From: an uncultured Prevotella sp.
Lineage (GTDB): Bacteria > Bacteroidota > Bacteroidia > Bacteroidales > Bacteroidaceae
Length of the DNA stretch: 54,229 nucleotides
Assembly: GCA_964623995.1 (NCBI GenBank)
Contig: CAZUWO010000005.1
Location: 1-54,229 of the forward strand
Direction: 5' to 3'
Within the stretch, counting starts at the first letter, position 1. Each line of letters begins with the position of its first letter. Position numbers and translations under genes: made by a program. Of this stretch, positions 29,493 through 38,896 are shown piece by piece. The notes under the pieces were generated by a model. That model ran no database searches and had not been told where the DNA came from. It saw only the letters and a program-made list of their open reading frames with translations.

Positions 29493-30678
29493 AAATTAAC
29501 TTGCGGCAAACGAGCAGAACATGGCGCCCGTCGGCCGTTGTAGTTGCGAAGATGTAAACATCACCTCCGTCGGCAAGCTTGAGCCGCTTGCGCAGTTGGA
29601 CAGCAGTAAGAGGGAAGTTGCGAACGGTTATGTTAGCACGGCCGATGGAGCTTAAATTGCGGCGCAAGTCTTTCTTACTGAGCGACGTAACAGCCTCTAT
29701 GCTGAAGCCGCGGCCGGGAAAACCAACCACAGGAGTGGCCGAAACAAAGAGATGAGAGTTAGGACCGACGGGGCCGACACCATAGGTCGAGGCCACCCAC
29801 CCGAAGCAACCCGACTTCATCAGAGCCGCATTGGGCTCATAGAGGTAGCAGTATGGCGGAGTGGCAAGGCCGGACTGAGGCACCGACTCAACGGGATGGA
29901 CTGCCAAACCGTCGTTAACGCACGTCAAAACCGGCTCGCCCTCGTGGCCGGAGATTAGAATCAAGAGCAGCTCCTTGCACTCACCGCCGGCCGCTACAAT
30001 ATGAACTTCGGCCACACAGGGCAGCTCTGAGGCTGCCTCATGCCAGTCAAGCATGGGCGAAAGCTTAACCATTACGCAGCCAGACTTCTGCAAGAGCAAC
30101 GGCGCAAGGGCCGATACGTCGGGCCTACAGGCACTAATGCTGTAGGTGCGGCGCCCCTTTTCGTCGCGGCGGGCAGGGTCAATATAAGCAAAATCTACCC
30201 TTTCCATGGCCTGAAGGTAGTCAGTAGCGTCCTTATTTACTATCTTTACATTTTCTAAACCGAGCAAACGGAAATTGGTTTCGGCCACTAGGCAAAGCTG
30301 TTCCTGCTGCTCCACATAGACTTTATGCCGGAACCGGCGGCTGATAAAGGAGAAATCGACACCGAAACCACCGGTAAGGTCGGCCATTGAGGCTGTGCCA
30401 CACAGCCCGTTGGCCACGAGCCGAGCCACGATTTCGGCCTTATAGCCTGCCGTTTGCTCAGAAGAGCACTGCTCCAAGCTGAGCTTTGGCGGATAGATAA
30501 GGCCAATGCAGGCAGCCCAAGATGGCAGTTTGCGGCGGGCTATTTGCCATCCCTCTATCTGGCGTAAGGCCAAAGGCATGTCAACAGCGGCATCAGTGCA
30601 CCCACGAAGGGCCAGAGCTGCCACGTCGTCGAGCCGATGAGCATAGATGAAAGCCTGTGTCTTTGGGTTGATTTCCAT
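29488..30678 (-). CDS. Class I SAM-dependent methyltransferase with THUMP-like C-terminal domain
   Basis: LSLEQCSSE, ADLTGGFGVD, YIDPARRD, VKLSPMLD and YLYEPNAALMK motifs; start MEINPKTQ at 30678, just after the upstream stop. Confidence 0.88.
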   Translation of the reverse strand: MEINPKTQAFIYAHRLDDVAALALRGCTDAAVDMPLALRQIEGWQIARRKLPSWAACIGLIYPPKLSLEQCSSEQTAGYKAEIVARLVANGLCGTASMADLTGGFGVDFSFISRRFRHKVYVEQQEQLCLVAETNFRLLGLENVKIVNKDATDYLQAMERVDFAYIDPARRDEKGRRTYSISACRPDVSALAPLLLQKSGCVMVKLSPMLDWHEAASELPCVAEVHIVAAGGECKELLLILISGHEGEPVLTCVNDGLAVHPVESVPQSGLATPPYCYLYEPNAALMKSGCFGWVASTYGVGPVGPNSHLFVSATPVVGFPGRGFSIEAVTSLSKKDLRRNLSSIGRANITVRNFPLTAVQLRKRLKLADGGDVYIFATTTADGRHVLLVCRKLIS

Positions 30679-30682
30679 CAGA

Positions 30683-33280
30683 TTAGAAGTGATAAGTGAG
30701 TCCGGCGCGAATCTCGAATGTGTGGGCCCGCACATTGGGATGGTACTTATAGCGCGTGTGACGAAGGTAATAGCTCGACATTACTGTTACCGAAATGGGG
30801 CCGTTAATATCGAGTTCCCATATAGGATTGATAACTAACAGCTCAGCATTGCTCTTATCGCCTTGGGCATTGAGGTAGAGCGGGTTGGTGTTTTCAAGGT
30901 CTTTGCCCTCATATCCTTTCCACGTGTAAATGCGATAGTAATCGGTGTGGAGTATGAGACGGCCCACATTGCGGAACTCCATGTGGGTTTTGGTCTTAAG
31001 GGAGTAGCCGGAACCCATATTGTAATCACGGTCAATAACGTTATAATAGTCACTTTTGGTTCCTCCAAGCAGTATTCCGCTGAGGAAGATGCGCTGCTCC
31101 AGTTTGCGCAACACACCGGTAACAGGAAATCGGATTATGGTTCCGGGGCCAAAGGAGGAGGCCTCTGATATGCGGTAAGGGGTGAGATTGGTACCGTCTT
31201 TTACTGGTTTTGAGTCGAGATAGTTGAAATGTTGGAATATGCCCATTTCGGCTTCTATCTTCCTTCCCACATAAACAGGAGCGCTCCAAAGGCGTCCGAG
31301 TATGTGGAGACGGTTTATTATGGGCTGGTTAGAACTGAGTCCGAAGGTTGCTTCAAAATCAAAGAAGTCGTAGGGGCGGCGCTGTTCCTCGTTGAAAGGG
31401 TCGCCATATTCAAGATAAAAGTTTACATACGGATTGGCTTCGCCATGAAACAGACGGCCATCATCGGCCAAATAGCGTGCACCTACGCTGACACTGAAGT
31501 CTATTGGTATGGCATTGAAGTCGTGATACAGGTAGTACTGGCTACGATAGCGCCATGCATCGCCGTTGAGAAGCCTGTGAAGAGCTCCCATTGGGTTGAG
31601 AATGCCGGCTCCTATCTCCCTGAACACGCGGTTGCGGCCATGGGTACGGTCGTTGAGAATTATGTTACTGACACGGTGTAGCACTTCTCCTATGCCTATA
31701 CCGCCGAAGGTTGTGGCCATGAGATCATTGATAGCAGGTGGCTCTATCTCGCCACACATCTCCCACATGAAGCTTCCGGCGAGAGCGTATGGCGCACTCT
31801 GCCAGAAGTTAAGGCCATTGGCACGGGCCATATTGAAGTATAAGTTGCCATGGTAGGGGTGGGCAAAAAGGTTGGTTGAAAATTGATCATTGTCCCAAAC
31901 AAAGCCATTGCGCCAGTTATGGGCTATGTCCTTGAAGTGGACTTGGGCATAGTCCTGATTGGTTACAAAGCGATCGAAACAGTGTACAAATGCGTTGATG
32001 CCAACAACGCCCAATGCCGCCTTCCAGTAGCTGCGCTTTCGCTGGTTGGGATTTTCCCAAACGTATGAGCCTATTGGCTTTATCTCAGCCTGAGAGCTCA
32101 GACTTGAATCGGCCGCAACCTTGATAGCATACTTTCGATTGCGCTCTACGAAGCCGCGACCGCAGTTGAGCGTGAGGCCGGCCTCGATGAGAGGACGTGT
32201 GCGATAGTTATGGTGGGAGCCGTAATAACGGGTGGTTCCGAAGCCGGTAGAGGCAAACGCGCTGAATGTGGAATTGATTTTGTAGGCAGCATTGACATGC
32301 CACTGAAGACTGTAGAGCCGCTTTGGGCCTTCGGTGGAGTTCTTCTTGAAAGTTTCTACATGATAATAGCCAAGGTCGGAGCTTAGAGAGAAGCGCCGAT
32401 TTAGCTTGAAATACTTACCCAAACGATAGTAAAGGGAGCCCGAAAAGTCGTCGTCGAAGCCCATATAGTGGGAACCTATGCCCACGATACTGTAGGAAGA
32501 GCGATTACTAAAACGCATGGCGGCATTGAGCTTGTTGCTAGATCCGCCGAAAAACATCAGGTCTATTGATGTCTTTGGGCCTATATTGACAAGTCCTATC
32601 TTATGATTGTCAGACGTGCGGGAATAATTCACAATGCCTATCTGCCACCCATGAGGATTGGAAGCGGTAACATTGATGGCTCCTAATTGTAATCCTGTAA
32701 GCGTATCGGCTATATTGTAAGCTCCAATTTGGGCTCCGCGCATTGTGCCGGAACTGATATTGGCGAGTAAAGACAACTGTACTCCACGCCTGATGCCAAG
32801 AGAAATATTTGTGACTCCGGCAAGTTGAAGCCCCCGAAAAGGCTGTTGCGAAGTGTTGACTCCTATTGCCAATTGCATCCCACTGAATGTCCAAGCATTG
32901 TTTATCACACCTGCGAGCTGCAATCCCCTTACTTTTCCACCTATGGAATTGGCAAGTAAAGACGACTGAAAGCCTGAAAGCGAATCGACAGTAAGGGCAA
33001 ACAGTCCACCTATATTGACACCTTTGGTTTTTCGAAGAGAAACTGACGAAAGCGCTCCAAGCTGAAAACCACTAAGATTATCGGTGGTACTGAGCAGGCC
33101 TATGTTCCAATTGGCATGATGGAGTGAATCTTTCCTTGTATGATTGTTGCCCAAAGCCACGTTCACCTTCATGTAAGGACGGTTGTCTTGTGCCGTGACC
33201 GTAATGGCAAACAGCAGTGCTGGAACCATGATAAATGGTCTCAGAAACTTCTGTAAAGTTGATTTGACTGTGCTGGCCAT
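30683..33280 (-). CDS. Outer-membrane protein: beta-helix-like GxQ repeats, a barrel-like module and a DUF3943-like domain
   Basis: Signal peptide; about 10 repeats of GxQ(L/I)xxxN; WDNDQFSTNLFAHPYHG, GSFMWE and PAINDL (DUF3943-like); C-terminal aromatic AGLTYHF. Confidence 0.75.
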   Translation of the reverse strand: MASTVKSTLQKFLRPFIMVPALLFAITVTAQDNRPYMKVNVALGNNHTRKDSLHHANWNIGLLSTTDNLSGFQLGALSSVSLRKTKGVNIGGLFALTVDSLSGFQSSLLANSIGGKVRGLQLAGVINNAWTFSGMQLAIGVNTSQQPFRGLQLAGVTNISLGIRRGVQLSLLANISSGTMRGAQIGAYNIADTLTGLQLGAINVTASNPHGWQIGIVNYSRTSDNHKIGLVNIGPKTSIDLMFFGGSSNKLNAAMRFSNRSSYSIVGIGSHYMGFDDDFSGSLYYRLGKYFKLNRRFSLSSDLGYYHVETFKKNSTEGPKRLYSLQWHVNAAYKINSTFSAFASTGFGTTRYYGSHHNYRTRPLIEAGLTLNCGRGFVERNRKYAIKVAADSSLSSQAEIKPIGSYVWENPNQRKRSYWKAALGVVGINAFVHCFDRFVTNQDYAQVHFKDIAHNWRNGFVWDNDQFSTNLFAHPYHGNLYFNMARANGLNFWQSAPYALAGSFMWEMCGEIEPPAINDLMATTFGGIGIGEVLHRVSNIILNDRTHGRNRVFREIGAGILNPMGALHRLLNGDAWRYRSQYYLYHDFNAIPIDFSVSVGARYLADDGRLFHGEANPYVNFYLEYGDPFNEEQRRPYDFFDFEATFGLSSNQPIINRLHILGRLWSAPVYVGRKIEAEMGIFQHFNYLDSKPVKDGTNLTPYRISEASSFGPGTIIRFPVTGVLRKLEQRIFLSGILLGGTKSDYYNVIDRDYNMGSGYSLKTKTHMEFRNVGRLILHTDYYRIYTWKGYEGKDLENTNPLYLNAQGDKSNAELLVINPIWELDINGPISVTVMSSYYLRHTRYKYHPNVRAHTFEIRAGLTYHF

Positions 33281-33354
33281 ACGAAACGGTATGCGGATGT
33301 TGGGGATATGATTATTTCGCTACAAAGATACAAAAATAGAATAATACTGGCAAA

Positions 33355-33390
33355 AATAAAGGGGAAAGGTGCTACTCCTTTCCCCTTATT
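33355..33390 (-). terminator. Terminator after aldA
   Basis: AAGGGGAAAGG...CCTTTCCCCTT stem with a T-rich tail on the minus strand. Confidence 0.75.
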
Positions 33391-33418
33391 GTATATCAAG
33401 TGTGATGTTCAAGACATT

Positions 33419-34864
33419 TTACTCGTCGTAATGAGTGTCAAGGTAAGTTACATGTGTTACCAAGTACTCGTCAACTCCATGCTTTCCATCGGCACCACCA
33501 ATGCCACTCTTCTTCACTCCTGCGTGGAAACCTTGCATTGCCTCAAAGTGCTCACGGTTGATGTAGGTCTCTCCGAACTGCAAACGGCGGCAAACTTTAA
33601 CTGCTGTGTCTATATCGCGGGTGAATACAGATGATGCGAGGCCGTATTCTACGTCGTTTGCCCAGTCGATAACTTGGTCTATATCGTTGAATTCTACTAT
33701 AGGCAACACCGGACCGAAGGTCTCTTCGTGGATGATATCCATGTCCTGAGTGCAATTATCGATAAGTGTGGCTGGATAGAAGTAACCCTTTCCGCCTATA
33801 GGATGACCGCCACAGAGCACCTTTCCACCTTGCTTGACAGCCTTCTGTACTTTTGCGTCGACACTCTCAAGAGCACGTTTCTCTACCAATGGGCCCATAT
33901 CGACATTTGGATCGGCACAAGGATCGCCAACCTTTACGGCCTGGAACTTGCGCAAAAGAATATCGGTGAATTCTTTCTTTATATTTTTATGAACGTAGAC
34001 ACGCTCTGCATTATTGCATATTTGACCATTGTTGCCAATGCGACTTTGCAGTATCCAGTCTGCCGACTTTTCAAGATCAGCGTCAGGGAACACTATAGCA
34101 GGAGCCTTTCCGCCAAGTTCGAGCGAAACTTTGGTTATATTCTTACTGGCAGCAGCCATAATACTCTGGCCTGCACCTACCGAACCAGTAACACTTACGA
34201 TGTCAATGAGCGGACTGGAGGCAATAGCGTTGCCCACGAGAGAACCACGACCGGTAACAATATTAATGACTCCAGCCGGTAAACCTGCTTCATCGACAAC
34301 CTCGGCAAATGTGGTGCAGTTCTCAGGAGTGAGCTGTGAAGGCTTGATAACTATGGTACAACCTGCTATTAGAGCTGCTCCAGCCTTGCGGGCTATAAGG
34401 AAGAACGGAAAGTTCCAAGGCAAAATGCCACCTACAACGCCAATAGGACGCTTTGTTAGAACAATAGTCTCGCCCGGACGGTCACTTGGTATGACTTCTC
34501 CCTCAATGTGACGGGCAAACGATGCCATATAATCGAAGTAGTCGGCTGTAACACCCACCTCTGTCTGAGCCCATGTATGTGTTTTGCCTTGTTCACGCAT
34601 TATGATGTTAACGAACTCATCGTTGCGCTTCCTTATGCCTGAAGCAATCTTCTGTAGATATTTGGTGCGCTCGATAGCAGGCAACTTTGCCCATGACTTT
34701 TGAGCTTTACGAGCAGCCTTAAGAGCTACGTCGACATCGACTTCGTCGCCTGCCGGCTGACGGGAAATAACTTCTTCGGTAGATGGGTTTAGGACATCAA
34801 TCCATTCACCCGAATGGGATTCATTGACAAACTTACCGTCAATATACATTCTTAAGTCTTTCAT
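33419..34864 (-). CDS. aldA: Aldehyde dehydrogenase A (lactaldehyde dehydrogenase-like)
   Basis: LPWNFPFFLIARK, TGSVGAG, LELGGKAP, NNGQICN, EETFGP and FEAMQGFHAG motifs. Confidence 0.9.
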   Translation of the reverse strand: MKDLRMYIDGKFVNESHSGEWIDVLNPSTEEVISRQPAGDEVDVDVALKAARKAQKSWAKLPAIERTKYLQKIASGIRKRNDEFVNIIMREQGKTHTWAQTEVGVTADYFDYMASFARHIEGEVIPSDRPGETIVLTKRPIGVVGGILPWNFPFFLIARKAGAALIAGCTIVIKPSQLTPENCTTFAEVVDEAGLPAGVINIVTGRGSLVGNAIASSPLIDIVSVTGSVGAGQSIMAAASKNITKVSLELGGKAPAIVFPDADLEKSADWILQSRIGNNGQICNNAERVYVHKNIKKEFTDILLRKFQAVKVGDPCADPNVDMGPLVEKRALESVDAKVQKAVKQGGKVLCGGHPIGGKGYFYPATLIDNCTQDMDIIHEETFGPVLPIVEFNDIDQVIDWANDVEYGLASSVFTRDIDTAVKVCRRLQFGETYINREHFEAMQGFHAGVKKSGIGGADGKHGVDEYLVTHVTYLDTHYDE

Positions 34865-35030
34865 ATGCTGATTGTTTAAATGATTGTTTTTAAGTTTTAC
34901 ATTGCAAAAATAATTGTTTCATTCAAAAAGCGCAAATCAAAACTACAGTTTTTTGTATTTTTTATATGTATTTCCACAATGTTGCAAATTTGTTTTCTAA
35001 TCTTAAGACCATAGCTTTAATTAAGCAAAA

Positions 35031-35074
35031 AAATAATGGCTCAGAGGAAAAGCTTTTCCTCTGAGCCATTATTT
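35031..35074 (-). terminator. 44-bp perfect palindrome terminating sdhCAB
   Basis: AAATAATGGCTCAGAGGAAAAG|CTTTTCCTCTGAGCCATTATTT with a T-tract on the minus strand. Confidence 0.8.
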
Positions 35075-35089
35075 AAATAAGATGTATTA

Positions 35090-35845
35090 TCAGTCGGCTA
35101 ACTTTGCCTTGATAAACTCACGGTTAAGACGGGCTATATTGGCTATACTCTCATTCTTCGGGCATTCAGCTTCGCAAGCACGAGTATTGGTACAGTTACC
35201 AAAACCAAGCTCTTCCATCTTAGCTATCATGTTCTTCACACGACGCTTAGCCTCTACACGGCCTTGAGGAAGCAGCGCAAACTGGCTGACCTTAGAACTT
35301 ACGAAGAGCATGGCAGAGCCATTCTTGCAAGCGGCTACACAGGCACCACAGCCTATACATGTAGCACAATCCATTGCTTCGTCGGCATCTTCCTTCGGAA
35401 TCAGAATATTGTTAGCGTCCTGAGCCTGTCCTGTGCGCACAGAAGTGTATCCTCCGGCAGCAATAATCTTATCAAATGCAGAGCGGTCTACCATACAATC
35501 CTTGATTACAGGGAATGCAGCAGAACGCCAAGGCTCAACTGTTATTACGTCGCCATCGTTGAAACGACGCATGTAAAGTTGGCAAGTAGTAGCACCTTGA
35601 GCCGGTCCGTGGGGATGACCATTAATATAAAGCGAGCACATGCCACAGATTCCCTCACGGCAATCGTGGTCGAACACGAACGGTTCCTTGCCGTCTTCTA
35701 TGAGCTGCTCGTTGAGAATATCAAGCATTTCAAGGAACGAAGTGTCGCCTGGAATGTCCTTCATCTCGAAAGTGTCGAAATGCCCCTTTGCCTTTGGACC
35801 ATTCTGACGCCATACTTTCAAAGTAAATGATATGTTAGTATCCAT
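35090..35845 (-). CDS. sdhB: Succinate dehydrogenase/fumarate reductase iron-sulfur subunit
   Basis: [20 protein letters not shown] and [12 protein letters not shown] Fe-S motifs. Confidence 0.96.
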   Translation of the reverse strand: MDTNISFTLKVWRQNGPKAKGHFDTFEMKDIPGDTSFLEMLDILNEQLIEDGKEPFVFDHDCREGICGMCSLYINGHPHGPAQGATTCQLYMRRFNDGDVITVEPWRSAAFPVIKDCMVDRSAFDKIIAAGGYTSVRTGQAQDANNILIPKEDADEAMDCATCIGCGACVAACKNGSAMLFVSSKVSQFALLPQGRVEAKRRVKNMIAKMEELGFGNCTNTRACEAECPKNESIANIARLNREFIKAKLAD

Positions 35846-35851
35846 TGTTTT

Positions 35852-37819
35852 CTACTTCTTATAGTTACGTGTTTGTACCTTTATATATTGATAGTTGAGC
35901 GGCTCCTTGAGCAATGATGGGGCGACATCGTCGGATCCCTCATACTTCCAGCATGCCACATACATGTAGTTCTCGTCGTCTCGCTTGGCTTCGCCTTCCT
36001 CTGTCTGGCTCTCCTCACGGAAATGACCACCACAACTCTCATTACGGTTGAGGGCATCATATGCTATCAGTTCGCCCATAACAATGAAGTCACGCAGATG
36101 GATGGCCTTATCAAGTTCTGTATTCAGACCTTCCTTGGTGCCAGGAACGCATACGCATGTATCGAATTGCTTGCGAACGTTCTTCAACTCGGCAAGAGCC
36201 TTCTTCAAGCCAGCCTCGTTGCGGGCCATACCAACGTAATTCCACATTATCTTATAAAGTTCGCGGTGGATTGAATCTACACTCATCAGCTTAGACTTAT
36301 CCTGCTGCTTATTCTGAATATCAAAGATACGGTCGATCTCAGCCTGTACTCCCTTCTCTGCTTCTTCAAATTCTGGCAAATCGGTTGAGAAGCGTGGCAC
36401 AGTAATTTGGTCAGAAAGATAGTTCATTATTGTGTAAGGTATGACGAAATATCCATCAGAGAGTCCCTGCATCAGCGCAGAAGCACCCAAACGGTTAGCT
36501 CCATGGTCGGAGAAGTTGCACTCACCAAGAGCAAAAAGTCCCTTGATACTGGTCTGCAACTCATAATCAACCCAAATACCACCCATAGTATAGTGGATTG
36601 CAGGATATATCATCATAGGATTCTCATGCGGATCTACATCGGTAATCTCTTGGTACATATCAAAAAGATTACCATATCTTTCGTCCACACGCTCACGTCC
36701 AAGACGCTTGAAAGCTTCGCTGAAATCGAGGAAAACGGCTAAGCCTGTATTGTTTACTCCATAACCAGCGTCGGTACGTTCCTTAGCAGCACGGCTTGCG
36801 ACATCACGAGGAACGAGATTTCCAAAAGCAGGATAACGACGCTCCAAGTAATAATCGCGGTCTTCTTCAGGTATGTCGCGACCGTTGATTTCACCTCTTT
36901 GAAGCTTTTTAGCATCCTCAAGTTTCTTTGGAACCCAAATACGGCCATCATTACGCAGAGACTCCGACATCAGAGTAAGCTTAGATTGCTTATCGCCATG
37001 AACAGGAATACAAGTTGGATGAATCTGTACGAAAGCAGGATTTGCAAAATATGCACCCTTACGATAGCACTGCACGGCTGCTGTACAGTTGCATCCCATA
37101 GCGTTTGTGGAAAGGAAGTAAGTGTTACCCTAACCACCTGTTGCGATACATACAGCATGAGCTGCATACCGCTCCAACTTACCTGTGATAAGATTCTTGG
37201 CTATGATACCACGAGCGCGACCATCTATAATCACAAGATCCTCCATTTCTGTACGTGTATGAAGCTCAACACTACCGTTATGAACTTCTTTCATCAAAGA
37301 GGAATAGGCACCAAGCAATAACTGTTGACCAGTTTGACCCTTTGCATAGAATGTACGGCTCACCTGCACACCACCGAACGAACGGTTGGCAAGCATGCCT
37401 CCATACTCACGAGCGAAAGGAACGCCTTGAGCAACACATTGGTCTATGATGCTAGCACTAACCTCGGCAAGACGATAAACGTTAGCTTCGCGGGCACGAT
37501 AGTCGCCACCTTTGATTGTATCATAAAAGAGACGATAAACAGAATCACCATCATTCTGATAGTTTTTGGCTGCATTTATACCACCTTGAGCTGCAATAGA
37601 GTGAGCACGACGAGGTGAATCCTGAATGCAGAAGTTGATAACATGGAAGCCCATCTCACCAAGAGAAGCAGCGGCAGAAGCACCAGCAAGTCCTGTTCCA
37701 ACAACAATAATATCAAGCTTGCGACGGTTTGATGGATTCACAAGCTTCTGATGTGCCTTATAGTTAGTCCATTTCTCGGCCAAAGGGCCTTCTGGAATTC
37801 TTGAATCTATTTGTGACAT
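35852..37819 (-). pseudogene. sdhA: Succinate dehydrogenase/fumarate reductase flavoprotein interrupted by one in-frame TAG (37132-37130)
   Basis: GTGLAG and HSIAAQGG lie 5' of the stop; QIHPT, HYTMGG and HGANRLG lie 3'. The frame is continuous ([18 protein letters not shown]), giving 655 codons in total. Confidence 0.85.
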
Positions 37820-37909
37820 TTGTTTTTGTATTTTAGAATTTATGAGTTATGAATTGCGGTTTATATTACTAACACATTCTGTGAAAAGTTATAAAAACCA
37901 TAACCCTCA

Positions 37910-38593
37910 TTAGCACATGCTTGGTGCAAAACGGAACCAGAAGGAAAGAACAAGGAATGCAAACACACCCATAAGGAGCGTTACATAAACTATTCCGATG
38001 GTTTGCCAACGCTTAAGCCACACTTTACCACTCCAGCCAAAAGTTTGCATTGCACTCCAGAATCCGTGGCTCAAATGGAACCAGATGGCAACAATCCATA
38101 CAAGATAAAGCACAGAGAACACAGGATTAGAGAAAGTATCACTAATCCAAGCGAAACCATCGGCAGGACTGTGAGCCAAAGAAGCAGTACAGCCGGTAAG
38201 TTCCGGTAGCATCATGTTGGCCCAAAAGTTAGAAAGATGAAGCAGTAAGCCAAGAAGGATGATAAGACCCAGCACAAGCATGTTCTGAGAAGCCCAACTT
38301 ACTTCCGGACGGCGTGATGTTACATAGTAACGTTGGGTGCCGCGGGCACGACGATTTTGTGCGGTAAGGATAAAAGCATAAACGATGTGGAAGCAGGCTA
38401 AGGCCGCAAGACCAAGTGTTCCCACAACGGCGTACCAGTTAGCCCCAAGAAATTCACACACCTGATTGTACGCATCACCGCTGAAAAAGGCAGCTACATT
38501 CATGCAACAGTGGAAGGTGAGGAAGAGAATGAGGCAGACACCGGTAACCGACATCACCACTTTCCTACCGATAGGAGAATTGATTAACCACAT
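37910..38593 (-). CDS. sdhC: Succinate dehydrogenase/fumarate reductase cytochrome b subunit
   Basis: GRKVVMSVTG start, five TM helices with heme-ligand His residues, first gene of the sdh operon. Confidence 0.93.
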   Translation of the reverse strand: MWLINSPIGRKVVMSVTGVCLILFLTFHCCMNVAAFFSGDAYNQVCEFLGANWYAVVGTLGLAALACFHIVYAFILTAQNRRARGTQRYYVTSRRPEVSWASQNMLVLGLIILLGLLLHLSNFWANMMLPELTGCTASLAHSPADGFAWISDTFSNPVFSVLYLVWIVAIWFHLSHGFWSAMQTFGWSGKVWLKRWQTIGIVYVTLLMGVFAFLVLSFWFRFAPSMC

Positions 38594-38896
38594 AAAATGT
38601 TGATTTTAAATAATTTATAATTGTTTTTGTATACTCAAAAAGATAATAGTAAGCAGAACCATCTGGCTCTCTTTAGAAGAGTAAAGAATAGCTGTGCCGA
38701 GCACCCATAATTATGATGCGTGGCAAAATTACTATAAAATAATGATTAATCAAAGTATTTAGACCAAATTTTAATCAACAAACTGCGTTAAAAAACTACA
38801 TGCAAATAATTTCACAGACAGTAAAAAGCAAATCACAAAGTTATGAAATTGAATTAATTTGCTTACTTTTGCGGTGGAAATAGGTAAAAGCGAAAA

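Noticed and set aside
30679-30735. Apparent overlap between the DUF3943-like gene and the methyltransferase
   Set aside because: Resolved by using ATG 30678, just downstream of the upstream stop.
38594-38896. oriC in the sdhC-mnmG intergenic region
   Set aside because: It is AT-rich but explained by divergent TAnnTTTG promoters, and no DnaA-box cluster is visible. Not excluded, but unsupported.
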